From Paramecium tetraurelia (taxonomy: Eukaryota), in assembly GCA_000165425.1 (NCBI GenBank), contig CT868474.1, forward strand, positions 62,001 through 126,000: a DNA stretch of 64,000 bases, written 5' to 3'. How positions within the stretch are numbered: the stretch's first letter is position 1; each line of letters begins with the position of its first letter. Under the pieces are notes generated by a model. That model did not search any database. It was not told where the DNA came from and saw only the letters and a list, made by a program, of their open reading frames with translations. Positions 40,118 to 54,083 of the stretch are shown here, piece after piece. Both the position numbers and the translations under genes were made by a program.

Positions 40118-41619
40118 TCATTCAATCTTTTTGAACTACAAAGCACAATTAACAGCTAATTCCCATTATTTGTATTGCTTCTCATAAGACTTTTTGCCCT
40201 CATAAATTTATTAGACCTTCATATTCTAGATAATCTACTGTTCAGTCAATAGATTCAATCCCACTGCAGCAAACATGGCAGCTCCTGAAGCAGTAGATTC
40301 AATTATTTCTGGATATACTAACTTCTTTTGAGTGATATCTGCTTACAATTACATCAATTCCTTATTCTTAGTTAATCCACCATCCACATGAATCTTATTA
40401 ATCTTAATTCCCGATTATTCCATGGCCTTTATAACATCCTTTGTTCTATAACAAACTGATTCTAATATAGCTCTTCTGATATGATCCTTTGTTGTGTAAT
40501 AACTTAAACCAATCATAGTCCCTGTTGCATCGAAATTCCAAAATGGAGTAAATAAACCACTAAATGCTGGCACTATGTAGACTCCTCCATTATCTTCCGC
40601 ATTCACAGTACTTTAACTCAATTATTCCCAATTTTCAAACCATTATAGTTTATCCTTTGCCCAATTGAACAATTACCCTCCACTTTCAACAGCTCCTTCA
40701 AAAGCATAAACTGGCTTCTCATTTTCTTTCTAGTATAAGACAGTAGTCAACAAGCCAAAATCTGAGATTTTAATATTCTCTCCAATGTTAGCCATAATAA
40801 AAAGTCCACTTCCCTGTGTATTCTTGCAATCTCCTTCATGAAATAAAGCATGACCTATAGCAGCTGCTTATTAATCACCCAAGACACAATTGATAGGTAC
40901 ACCTTCATACTCCTCAATTTTCAATGAACCAAAATTACTATTTGATGCCTTTATTTGAGGCAAACAATTTTTGGGGATGTTGAATTGACTTAATATAATA
41001 CAAATTCATACTTTAATAAGTCTTCATCCCATTAAAGAGTATGCAAATTCATCAAATTAGTTCTTGATGCATTTGTTACATCTGTTAAATGATTCTATTC
41101 CCTTGTTAAATTCCATACAATCCAGCAATCAATAGTACCAAATAATACATTCCCTGAATTGAGATCGTCTCTTAGAGCTTGATTGTTTTGGATCATCCAT
41201 TACAATTTGTATGAGCTAAAGTAGGTATTAATTGGTAATCCAGTTTTTTATTAAAAATAGTTCTTTGGATATTTGTTTAAATATTCTTAGCAGATATCAT
41301 GTGTTCTTGTATCACTCCATACAATTGCATTCATATATGGTATTGCAGTATGCTTATTCCATGCAACAACAGTTTCCCTTTAATTTGTGACTCCAATGGT
41401 CACTAATTTATGCACTCCATCCATCTTCTTATGAGCTTACTTAATGCACTCAATAGTATTATTTAATATCTCATTTGGATCATGTTCTAACCACCCTTGG
41501 TGAGGAGTGATTTGTTTATGAGTTATATAATGGTAACTAAGCTATTCACCATTCAAATTGCAAATAGTAAATCTAGTCCCAGTTGTTGAGGAATCAATAG
41601 ATCCAATTACAGATTACAT
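40118..41619 (-). CDS. GK: glycerol kinase (FGGY family)
   Basis: [66 protein letters not shown] and VDGGLT. Confidence 0.93.
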
Positions 41620-41729
41620 AATTTTTATATTAAATACGTAATTTTACTATTCTAAACTTTAATAAAACATTTAGTATAAAGTTTTTAATATACTTAAATT
41701 TAAGATTAATTAATTTTCAATACAATAAA

Positions 41730-42968
41730 TCAATTAGATTATTACTAATTCTAAGTGCTTTTTTCTAAATCTTTGGATTGCTATTTACTAATTGATTGTT
41801 GTTGAGATATTGTGCGATTTTGCTTTGAGGAGATAGAATGGTTATCTGAAGAGAGAAGTTCACTTTAATTCATCCGACCTTTCTATTTAGTCTAAGAAGA
41901 TTTGCTTTTATTATTGCAAAAGTTGAGAATATACTGCAAATCTTACTTGCTATTCTTTATTGTCTTGGATTGGTACAATCGATCTACTTATTGTTTTTGT
42001 TCATTAAAAGATGGTTTACATAATGTGGGGAGTGAAAATTGATACTCTTTCATTAAAGATTCACGAAATGATGAATTACTATTTAAGTAATTGCTTAGCT
42101 GTCCATTTACTTTCAATTACAACATAGTTGGCAATTGAGCATAAGGACTATTCTACGACTCCTTAGGCAATTTCTATAAACTATAGGACTTAGAATTTTA
42201 TGGTCTCAATCCAGCGATGTTATTGTATTCCTTTATGCTTAAATTTAATGCTGTCATTAGATTATTTTTCAAATTATTGCCATGTAGTTGAGAATCCTTT
42301 AATTTACTTAGATTGATAAATTAAATATATTACTTAAGCAATCTCTGTTCTTCTGTGCTCATCTAATCACACAGTGCTTATTACTCTTACAATCGTTTTG
42401 CAATTTAATCTTTAAATAAATTTTATTCTTATTTAATTCTCTCTATTCTTTCTGCTTTCTTCTATTCCAAATCTTGTTTCATATTAAACTCCCATTCAGA
42501 AATCTACCTTATTAAAGAATACAATTTACTCTCGCATATTGTTGTTATTTCTCTAAAAGTTCTTCTTCTCTTTTCTTTTTGTTTTGATACATCTACAATT
42601 GCAATTCTTATTTCACCAATGCAGTTTTCAAGCACTTCTCATCAAACATATCTTATTTCAACTTTTTTGCTTCTTCTTGCTATTGTTATTTGTTTCTTCT
42701 AATTAAATTTTGTAATCCATTATCATTGTTATTGTTAGCTTCCATGATCTTGCTAAGCTATTTAATTACTATCAAGTCATACTTCCATTTGATCCTCAAA
42801 TTTCTATTTCTTAGCATTGACAATCTTTTCTACTTTCCCCTAAACAATATTATTGTTAGCTTCTTGTAAATTAAGTTATTGTTTCAGTTAAATCAATCGG
42901 TTTTCAAGAGCAGCAAGTTCCTGGTTTTTTTAATTCAGATGTTTCATCTATTGAGAAACTGTTTCCAT
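41730..42968 (-). CDS. hypothetical coiled-coil protein
   Basis: METVSQQMKHLN start; Q/E/K-rich heptads; one intron near 42308-42333. Confidence 0.65.
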
Positions 42969-43423
42969 ATGCTATTAGGAATAATAATTAATCAATGATA
43001 AAATTAAGAATTCTGTAAAATAAATAGAAAACAAAAATATTAGAACATATGTAAATGACCAGTTTTGCATTATTTATAAACAATAAACACTCATTTTTTA
43101 ATATTAACAAAATTTATAATTAGTTAGTTCTCTTCTATGGAATTAAAGAAGTTATTTTAGATGGGATGTATATACATTATGAGAAGTTTAGACTTCAAAG
43201 AAGAGTAAATAGAATATCGTGATTGGGTCAAAAAGGTTATTACTCTTAATGAGCATAACGAGTAGTTCAAGATTTGCAATAGACAACTTATATACTACAG
43301 ATAGATGTTCAAATTCCAAACAACTAATCAATTTATTCCCAAGAGTATGAAATCAATAGGGGATTTTGCAATATAATTTATCGATTTTATGCATTTAATT
43401 AAAGCAAATTAAAATTATAATTT

Positions 43424-45540
43424 ATGAAAAACAATCACAAGCGTCGATTTTAGGATGTAGATCATTTGATTTAACTCAGAAAAAAAGCAATACCAAATAA
43501 AGGAGAATACCTCTATGATTATAAGCTGTAGGATGCACTAAAAAAAAGAGATACCTATTCAAAGGAGGAATTCAAATAAAAATTCAAGATTGATTTTGAA
43601 GATCTGCCAATTTCAACCAATACACTCAGAGCCTTGAAATAGAGAAAGTTTATTAAGATGACTGAGATCTAAAGGTGTGTTATACCACATGCATTGGCAG
43701 AAAGAGATATTCTAGGTGCATCTAAAACAGGAAGTGGAAAAACATTGTCATACTTGTTACCTTTGATTGAGAATCTTTATGTGAACAAATGGACTCCTCT
43801 GGATGGTTTAGGAGCTCTTATCATTTTGCCTACAAGAGAATTAGCTATGCAAGTATTTGAGGTTTTTAAGTCACTTAATACTTACCATATTTTATCAATG
43901 GCATTGTTGATTGGTGGTAAAAACTATCAATACGAGAGAGACAGAATCACTGGAATGAATGTTATTATCTGTACACCTGGAAGACTCTTATAGCATTTTG
44001 AAGAGAGTCCTGGATTTGATGCAAACAATTTAAAGGTCTTAGTTTTGGACGAAGCTGATATGATGTTAGAGTTGGGTTTTTGGGGACCGTTAAAGGCAAT
44101 AATGAACTACCTCCCAAAAGAGAAATAGACTATGCTTTTTTCTGCTACTCTCAATCAAACAATCCATTAACTATGCAAGATTTCTCTATAAAATCCAGAG
44201 AGCATTTTCTTACATGAGAAATTGGCTACAGATTCAAATGAATAGACAGACAATGTTATGTCAACACCAAATAAATTATAATAATTTTACATTGTTACAC
44301 CTATAGAAGAGAAAATAGATGTTCTATTTTCATTCATAAAGTCTCACAATAAATAAAAAATCGTAATCTTTGTATCTACTTGTAAATAAGTGAGATATTT
44401 ATTTGAAGTGTTTAGAAAATTAAAATTGGGAATGCTATTATATGAATTACATGGTAGATAAAAGCAGGATAAAAGAACAGCCATATTTTTCACTTTTTCA
44501 GAAAAGAAGGCTGCAGCATTATTTACAACTAATATTGCATCAAGAGGCTTAGATTTTCCAAAAGTAGATTGGGTCATTTAATTTGATTGTCCAGATGATC
44601 CATCCACCTATGTGCATAGAGTAGGAAGAACTGCAAGGTATATAGCAGGAGGGTTCTCCATGCTCTTTTTATTGCCTTCTGAGGTCAAGTTTATTGACAA
44701 GGTGAAGTAGAAGGGAGTTGAAATCAAATAAAAATTTTTGAATTCCAATAAACAATTAACAATCAAATAGACGATCTAAAGTTTAGTGTCTGAAAACATA
44801 GAACTAAAATATTTAGCCTAGAGAGCTTTTATTAGTTATGTTAGATCAGTTGATATCAATGCAGACAAGGAGATATTCAAGTTAAAGGAAATCAAAACTG
44901 ACTTATTAGCTGAGAGCATGGGATTAGTCTAAGTTCCAATTCTAACTGTTTAATAGCCTGATGAATCAGATTAGGAGGATAAGCCAGAGAAAAAATCTAA
45001 ATTACAAAAACTAAAGGAGAAGATTGAAATCAAAAAGTAAATGGCAATAGACCAAAATAAACCAATTGAAACTAAGAAACTTAAGTAGATTTCTAGAGAG
45101 AGTGGTTTTGATAAGTTTGAGGGTATGAAAGCTAAGACGTTTGATTTTGAAGGGGAATTTCTAAAGCGCAAACCTTAATAGGAAATTGAAGAAGAAGAAG
45201 AGGAATTAGAGCAACCAAAGTTTGTGACATCCAAAAGATAAATGAAAAAGGTGAAGGCAGACGGAATATTTGGAGGCAGAAACAAAGTGTTTTTCGATGA
45301 TGAAGGTAATGTCATTTTTATATAATTATAGGAAATCAAATCACAGCAGAGGAGAAGAGAAGATAAGAAATTTTAGAAGGATAGTAAGAAGTCTTATAGA
45401 AGGATGAAGATAGAACATTAAAATATGGACAGAAATTAATTGAGCATGCCGAAGATGATAAAGCAAATGAAAAGGATAGAATCAAATAAAAAAGATTAAA
45501 GAAGAAAATTAGAATGCAGGAAGTTTAAGAAGAGTATTGA
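43424..45540 (+). CDS. DBP4: DEAD-box RNA helicase Dbp4/DDX10
   Basis: [44 protein letters not shown] and [10 protein letters not shown]. Confidence 0.92.
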
Positions 45541-45571
45541 TTTTTATTGTAATTAATATATATAATAAAAA

Positions 45572-46400
45572 ATGAATATAATCAAGAGTACTAATTCTTT
45601 TTACTAATTTTCAAAGGAATATTAAACCTATTTTAAAGATAAATCGGTAGAATAAGTTGAAAAACCTTAAAATCCTGTTACTTTAATGAATTCATTTTTA
45701 CGTAATTCCTCCTTTTCCAAAAAATCTGTGTAACCTTTAGATTGGCCTTCGGATTTAGATTTATCAAATATTAGGGAAGAATATTTCATCATAGATCCCA
45801 CTTAAAGGTTCTAAAGAGAATGGAATGAAAAGAAACTATTTTTTAAGCACAGATAAAGTCCTTTAAGAACAGATTCATTTAACAGATTCAGAGAAAATAT
45901 CCGTTCTTTAAGTAAAACCTACAAATTTTAGAAGGATAATCTTTAGTATGAACAAGCTGCTGTGTTACCAAGTTAAAGAAAGCTTGAATTGCAAACTACA
46001 GTGTAAGCACAAAAAGAATATAAAGATAAAAAAGAATAATTTAACTTTCTCAATAAGCAACATCGTTTGATTGAAAATCTGCATCACGACGATATAGTTT
46101 AAAAATCAGTTACAGAAAGTACATAAAGTAATTTATGTAGACTATTAGATGAACGGCAATAAGGATTAAACATTTTGTAAGGAGAATCATAGACTACTTA
46201 GAACAAACTATGATAATGAAATCTCGAGTGATTGGGCAAGAAAACGAAAATCTCCACTAAATAAATTAGATACCTTTCATAGGGTCATTTCCCAAGAGGA
46301 CAATGAAAAAAGTAAATTGGGTAAGGCAAAACCCAATAGAGTTAAGTAATTTGAGAGGAAAGGGAGAGAATATAACATCGTAAATTTTGGGTGTAATTGA
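45572..46400 (+). CDS. hypothetical protein
   Basis: Open frame under the ciliate code ending ...REYNIVNFGCN-TGA. Confidence 0.6.
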
Positions 46401-46456
46401 AATTTAGTTTATAAAAATTTATTTATTGTTAATCCCTTAATAATATTAAATTTGAA

Positions 46457-47116
46457 ATGAAAATATTTGAATAGAGTTTTGGTAAATAAGAAGTGTTTCA
46501 AAAGACAGCTTAATTCTTTAATCCATAAATTGGAAAATTGAATGAAAACTTTTAAAAAAGAAGGAGGGAAAACTCACTGCCTCAATAAAACCTTGAGGCT
46601 ATCAAATAAATACTATCTAAGACAAAAATACTCCAAAAAAATGTAATTTGTAGAAAAACTACAATTCATTCCATGCATGATTGCAAGCTAGAGAATCTCA
46701 AGAGTCATCAAAGCACTAAATAAAGTACCAAATAAAGTACTCAATAGAGCACACAAGATTCCTTGGATTTTAGCAATAATATTCCTAAAATGTAAGATTT
46801 GATCATCAAACATTCGATCAATCCTTATAATGCTTTTAAATACAAATCTAATTTCAATATTAAAAAGCCAATTCTCAATGAATATAGTAGTTGCGCAACA
46901 TAATAATTAGAGAATAATTCTGCAATCAGCAAAATATCCAATAGTTTAGAGGGGAAGAAATATGTAATAAAAGTAAAGGATCCATTTGGATAATCAAAAA
47001 AACAAATAACACAACCTACAAGAAAATATTCTTCGAAATCTTTCGTAAACCAAAAAGCACAAATAAAATTGGTAAATAGAATATTTTCCTCGAGATCTGA
47101 GAGCTTGTAAAAATGA
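46457..47116 (+). CDS. hypothetical protein
   Basis: MKIFEQSFGKQ start, coding-like composition, TGA at 47114-47116. Confidence 0.5.
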
Positions 47117-47339
47117 CATTAATGATTATATGTGTTTGAATTATCTTTTTAAGAGTATTTCATGAAATTGCTTGGAATAATTGGTTAATTAATAGTGTTT
47201 CAGAGATTCTTATTATTTTCTGAATTCAAAAGATTTGGTCTGAATGAGAGTGTTGAAGGTGTAAGTGCTTCCATGAGAAATAGATTTCTTAATTAAAATA
47301 CTATTATTATTTTGTTTAAAAATTAAATCGTTAAATTGT

Positions 47340-48876
47340 ATGTATTAAAGTGCATCAAAAAGTGCCAAAAAATAAACTAATGCCATTGGAAAAGTATTAA
47401 TAATATTTTAGCATCTAGCCTAGCGAATCAAACATAGCTCGTAGGGTTTAAACAGAGACTATTGATTATGATGAAGCTGAACAAGATCTCCAGACCTTCT
47501 AAGACATCTCCAATTTCAAGCTTCGCAATAAACTTATAACTTTTAATAAACCTGCAAAGAAACCTATAGTGAAAGATTTTAATACTCAATTTCAATTGTG
47601 TTTAAAGAATGAGAACTCAACCAAACCAACATCTGGAACTGTTAAAAAATGTTAGAAACCCTAAGGTATAGAGAAGATCAATACAAAATCCTTGTTAATC
47701 CCAGCGAAGACAACTAGACAAGATTATTCTACATACACTTACTAAAATCTTAAAACCATTGGTAGTGGATCATTTGGTACAGTCTATAAAGTAAATAACA
47801 AATAAAGATTTATAGTCAAAAGTGAATGAAACAGGGGAAATAGTTGCTATTAAAAAAGTATTGCAGGATAAACGATACAAAAACCGAGAGTTATAAATAC
47901 TGCAAGAGTTGAATCATCATAATGTGGTGAAATTAAAGCACGCTTATTTTACACCTTCTGATAACAAAGATGAGATGTACTTGAATGTTGTAATGGATTA
48001 TTATCCAGAATCCTTATACACTTACAATAAATCTTTTAGATAAGCATAGGCCAGAATGCCTGAAATATTGGTGAAAATATATTCGTATTAACTGCTAAGA
48101 TCAATATAGTAATAGATCATCAAATAATTAGTTATATATCATTGTTGTCCATATGCCATAGAGATATAAAGCCTCATAATATATTAGTTAATCCAAACCA
48201 TCATAAACTTCAGCTCTGCGATTTTGGAAGTGCAAAAAAACTAGTAAAAACAGAAGCAAACATATCCTATATTTGTTCAAGGTGTTACAGGGCTCCTGAG
48301 TTAATATTTGGAGCAGTTAATTACGACAATCAGATAGATGTTTGGTCAGTTGGATGCGTGATAGCTGAGTTATTTAATGGAGAGCCTTTGTTTTTGGGTG
48401 ACAGTGCTGTGGATTAATTGATTGAGATCATCAAAGTACTTGGAACTCCAAATAAGGTTCAGGTATTAAGTATGAATTCTGATTATGATATGCAATAATA
48501 CAAATTCCCACAAATAAAAGCAAGAGATTGGAAGAAAGTAAGTTATTTCATTCATCTCTTAGGTGATTAAAACAAATGATTCATTGGCTACTGACTTAGT
48601 TTCTAAATTGCTTGTTTATTGCCCCAAAACTAGATTCACTCCAATTCAAGCATTGTGTCATCCTTATTTCGATTAGTTGAGAGATCTCCATCAGATGAAA
48701 TAACTATAAGAAATCTACAACTTCAACATTTAAGAATTATTCGATTTTAGCAATTGTATTTTATTTCTTATAATCAATTAGTGGAAACTAATAGAATGAC
48801 AAATGATGAAATGAAAAAGATTATTCCAGATTGGATAAGCTGTAGTTCCACTAAAATTGTTAAGACCATAGGCTGA
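47340..48876 (+). CDS. GSK3: GSK3/Shaggy-like protein kinase
   Basis: [47 protein letters not shown] and [18 protein letters not shown]. Confidence 0.93.
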
Positions 48877-48935
48877 AAAAGTGATAGAATTATTTATACT
48901 AAATTATATGAATAATTTGAAATAAATTAATTAAG

Positions 48936-50343
48936 TCATTTATTTGCAAATGAATTTCTAGATTCAGATGTGCTATATTAATGGTTAACCCATTTTAGCG
49001 AGTTGTTGATTATTCCAATTATCAACATAAACTTCTTCTTCATCTGGTTTTTCTTCGAAATATTGGTATTCCTATTGTTTTTCCTTCATTATAAACTCCA
49101 GTTCTTTTTGATAGACATTTTCACCAACAAGTTCCAAATATTGATCAGTGTCTACATATTTCTTTTTTGGCTTATCCTTTATTTTTTCTTTGAATTATTC
49201 ATCTAATTTCTTGCTATACAAATTGGAATGTTTTGCTAAATTTTTAGAAGATATTCATACTATTTGTTAAAACTCTTTCAACTTATAAATATGGATTATC
49301 AATAACCTTAGTATTGAAATTACTCTATATGTCTGATAACACAAAATTTTATTATTAACTGAGATGTTCAGCCTTTTAGTCTTTTACGTATCTATTAACT
49401 AATCTACTAGTCATAGGAATGCTTTTAGGTTTCTAAGTCGTAATCAAAGAAAATGGAGGTCTGTCATCTTTACAATCATACCATCTTAGTCTGAGATACC
49501 AAAGTCTATCATTATGTTTTTCATCTTCATTTTTCTAGGATTCAATGATGTTCAATTGGGTTGCTCTATCTCTGTAATGATCAGAACGAACCAATATCGT
49601 ATCTATAGGAGATCTGTCACAATTGGAGGCAATTCGATTATTTACAAATTCCCACTTCTCTTTGGCCTAATCAAAGGATTCCAATATCCTTTTATCTCTG
49701 GTAATTGCATTTCTGATATGAAGTGGAAGTTTTTGTTCTTGTTTAATTTTATCTATCTTTTCAGTTTCAATTCTGCGTCTTGCTTCAACCAACTTTACCA
49801 ATGCATCCTATCTTGGTAACATCTTAAATTCGCCTCTGGGTTTCTTTGGAATCTTTCTAGATTGATTCATTCCAGACATTTAAGATTGAGATTGCTATAA
49901 CCCAAAAGGTTTTGAAGATGGCACATCATCAGAAAATGATTCATCTCCGTCTTGTTTTCTTTATTTAATTACAACTCTCTATCTGTTTTTATTTCTGACT
50001 GCCAAAAATTGTTCAGCCTTACCAACAATAGACCACTTGACTATCTTTTCTTTTTTGTCATCCTCATATCTTGGACCAACTTAACTATCTTTATATTTCT
50101 TCCTCTCTTCATTGTTAACCTCTATGTCATGATTATCACAATACCATCAAAGATATTTCTAATTGTATGTAATGAATTAGGTTTCATAAATATAGATTTG
50201 CATGTGCTTTATTGGACATTACTTTCAAACAAAAAGTCACTTCCTGTTGCTGCTGCCGTGGTTGCAGGACGAATGCTTTCCTCATTACATTTATAACCTA
50301 AATCAACTTTTGATGATAAAAACAATTTTCCCTTTTAACTCAT
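48936..50343 (-). CDS. hypothetical coiled-coil protein, possibly MYCBP-associated-protein-like
   Basis: Open frame; the segment KEKWEFVNNRIASNCDRSPIDTILVRSDHYR...LWYLRLR resembles, from memory, the N-terminal region of MYCBPAP-type ciliary proteins. Confidence 0.5.
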
Positions 50344-50397
50344 TTTTATATATAAATTAATTAAGATGTGGTAATTGATGAATATATTGCATTAAAT

Positions 50398-50727
50398 TCA
50401 TTTTTTGTTAGAAATAAATCTTCCCTTCTCTCTTTATCGAGATTTTGCCTTTTTCACTCTGTAATCATAATGGTTCTTTTTAGTAAACTATCTGTTATTT
50501 TTTTTTTGCCTATATTTTTAAATTTTTTTCTGTCTCTCCTAATAAGTTAAGGGCCCAATCGATAGTTAAGTTGAGAACTTAAATTAATTGAAGTATTCTA
50601 TCATCTCTTTTGTCAACCCTTCCTTTATTGGAAGTAGTTATTTTATATCAATAAACTGAGCCAAGAATGCATCTGCCTTCTAAATGTTGGCCTAAGTGAA
50701 GGGATCACTAGTATTTGTTTCGTTCAT
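50398..50727 (-). CDS. 109-aa CCT-motif protein
   Basis: Intronless ORF ending ERQKKIQKYRQKKNNRQFTKKNHYDYRVKKAKSRQREKGRFIS, matching the CONSTANS/CO-like/TOC1 consensus pattern. Confidence 0.82.
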
Positions 50728-51849
50728 AATTATTTATCTGAATTAAAATTACAAAATGTAATTTACAATTATTATTATGAAATTACTCTATTTATTAAAG
50801 TAAATAAAGTGAGGGTTCCTTAGATTTACGGATCTTAACCTATTAAATCTCATGAAGAGAATACTCAAAATAATAAAGTTGAGATTGATTTTTATCTCAG
50901 TCCAAAAGGAGCCTACATTTATAATATGTCTGCTACTATTGCTTACATATTTCTATTTTCGCCCATCAAATAACAATACATCTCACAATTGTATTAATTT
51001 AAGTGTTCTCTGGAGCAATCTAATTTAAAGAGTTAGAAACTTAAAGACGTGCCATTGTTTCTTTTTTTAGACAAAAGTCATTCAGCTTAAAGTCAAGTTC
51101 TCAATATATATGTAAATAGCGGTTCTAAGTTTTGGCAGATATAAAGTGGATTATTTGAATTAAATATTCTCTTCCAGTACATCTGGTTAAGAAATAGAAT
51201 TTTCAAATAGTTATCGGTTATCTAAATTTATATTTTGGGGATTCTTCTTATCCCTTTATAGAATTAGAAGTTTAATTGCTTAATATTAGTCATATTAAGG
51301 AAATCAGGTTATCATTTCTATAGAAAAATTTGTGATAGTGGCATAGCTAAAAACTAATTTGTTATTTTAATGGCTAATATAAAGAATTCTCTTAATGTTA
51401 TTTAATTAAAAGTATTATTAATTATCAATATCTACGATATTTCAAATAAATGATGACAAAATTATAGACATTAAGATTAATTCTAGTGATGTGAGAGATT
51501 TTATTTGAGTTCTTGATTTTTAAAGGGGCTTTTTTCATATGAGAATAAAAACAAATCACTATATGATAGGAATAATTATTATAAATGAGAAGAAAACAAT
51601 AAAACAAAAAATACTCAGAATCTGCAGTAAAACAAGCTACAGCAATTTTATGAGAAAATAGAATAGGATTGTTGAAAATCTTAAGATTACAAATTGATTG
51701 CAACATATATAGAAGGCATAGTTGAATCAATATGAATCAGAAATAGTGTTAATACGACTATCAATTCTGATTAAGCTCTGTTTTATTTGAAGATTATTAT
51801 TTATGTATTAGAAATTACGTCTTTTATTTATGATGTAATAATACAATTA

Positions 51850-54083
51850 ATGATTAACTAATTGCTTTTCGTATCATTCTTGTTCTTAACTAATGGAGTT
51901 GGATTATTTGAATAATACTATCCATTAGCTGATGAGATAGCCTAGTCTATGACTTTGCAGTAAAAGATCGGTCAAACATTATAAGTGGATATTACAAGCT
52001 TTAATGATGATTAAGGAAATACCCATTATGAACAAATATCCTAACACTTCTTAGGTTCGATATTAGTAGGTGGTAATGGATGTCCAGATGGAAGAGGAAA
52101 CATAATTGCATCAGACAATTGTTTCGCAGCAACTAATGCAAATTGGAGAGATGTAGCTTAGAAGAGCTTGAAATAGAAGGTAGTTGTAAATGTTCCTGGT
52201 CATGGGGAAACAACCATTAATTTATTATTGGGTACTGATGCAGTCCATGGAAACCAACATTCTGTTGGAGCAGTGCTCTTCCCTCACAACATTGGTTTGG
52301 CTGCTAGTCACAATGTAGAAAATTACATCAAAGCTGCTTATTGGACCAAGCAAAGCATTTTGGATTGTGGTTTTAACTTTGCCTTTGCCCCTACTGTGGC
52401 TGTTTCTCATAATCCAAAATGGGGTCGATTTTATGAAACCTAGGGAGCAGATCCTAAATTCATTAAAGAAATTGGCAGAGCATACATAAAGGAGTTATAA
52501 GATGACGATGGTAAAAAAATAAAAGGAGTATTGGGATCAACCAAACATTATTTCGGAGATGGCGCCACTTATAATGGATACGATGAGGGTAATTGCAGAG
52601 TTGAGAATTTCGATGTGTTCTATAACAACAATATCTAGGGATACGTCGGAGCTTTGGAAGCTCATACAGGAACCATAATGGTTAGTTATAGTGCTATTAA
52701 TGAATTAGCCATGAGCATTAGTGATTTAATTAATGTGGATTTGAAACAAAATTAAAAATTCGATGGGTTCATTATCAGTGATTATAATGCTGCAATTAAA
52801 GTGGCTTATCAAGGTCTACCTACAACTCATACAAAAATGACGATTGAAGATGCATATACTAAATCATTTAATGCTGGAATGGACATGTAGATGGTAGATG
52901 GTGCAGTCGGATGGTATGAAGAAGTGATGAACAATATCATAGCATAAGGCAGAATTTCAGCTGAAAGATTGAATGATGCAGTAAAAAGAATTTTGGCTGT
53001 TAAATTGGCTATGAACTTGATAGATGTGCCTTAAACATTAGCCAAAAAGCATAATTATACATAAGAGAAAAAAGAAGAAGAGAAAGTTGAACAAAAGGAT
53101 GTGTCCAATGACAGTAATGATGCTGAATATTATGATGCTTTGAGATCAGCCAAGGAATCTTTGGTCTTATTGAAAAACAAATAGAATTTATTGCCAATTA
53201 ATAAATACAAAATCACTAATGTTATTCTGTTGGGAGAAAGACTTTGGTCCTTCAAAGGGGAATTCAAGAGGGTGTATTAAGATTTCGATAACATTGGAGC
53301 ATAAAATGGAGGTTGGACTATAAGATGGTAAGGATTCAATGGAAATGAATATTGGTCGAATGATCTTAAAACATCATCAAAGGCTTCATCCATACTTGAT
53401 GCCATTAAGAGCAGATTCAACACAGCCAATATTTATTATATCCAATACTCAGATCCTACAAATCTATAGTTGATAAATTAACAAAGAGGCAATTTCAGAA
53501 ATGAGATCATTAATAATTAAGATTAATTTAGTAGAGAAAACACATTGATCATCAATACTCTTGCAGAAAATCCATATGCTGAATTCATGGGAGATATAGA
53601 TTGCGAATATTGCAAATCTTAAGACAAATACGGATGCATCTATAATAATTGGCTCAATCAATATCTACCTGATGAATAACCAACCACTCTAGAGATCAAT
53701 ATTGGAGATTACGAAAAACAAGTATTTCATTATTCTTATTTTAGATTATCAATATTGTGAGATAGAAGGATGTGGATATCCCTGTTGTCACAGTCTTATT
53801 TAGTGGTAGACCTATGATTATCACTAATCCACTTTCAGTGAGTACAGCATTTGTGGCAGCTTGGTGGCCAGGTACTGCTGGTGGTGAGGCTGTTGTTCAA
53901 TCTCTTTTTGGCGAATATTTATTCAAATCTTAAGGTAAACTCAATACACTTCCTGTCCCATGGATGAGAAATATGTACTAGATCTCAAACTATCCCATCT
54001 ACGGCAACGAAGTCCCCTAAATTGAAGATCCTCTTTTCGAAGAAGGTTTTGGGTTAGAAACAAGACCACAAAACAGTTAATGA
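51850..54083 (+). CDS. secreted glycoside hydrolase family 3 (beta-glucosidase/exo-glucanase)
   Basis: Signal peptide; MTLQQKIGQ, GTDAVHGN, FPHNIGLAA, PKWGRFYE, KHYFGDG, FDGFIISDY and AAWWPGT; one intron near 53722-53744. Confidence 0.93.

Noticed and set aside
43137..43427. 96-aa ORF whose TGA overlaps the DBP4 ATG (ATGA)
   Set aside because: With only one stop codon, ORFs of this size arise by chance; no motif supports it, and prokaryote-style translational coupling is implausible here.
49003..50550. Hydrophobic plus-strand ORFs in the supplied track (49003, 49514, 49952, 50368)
   Set aside because: They are antisense shadows of K/E/Q-rich minus-strand genes.
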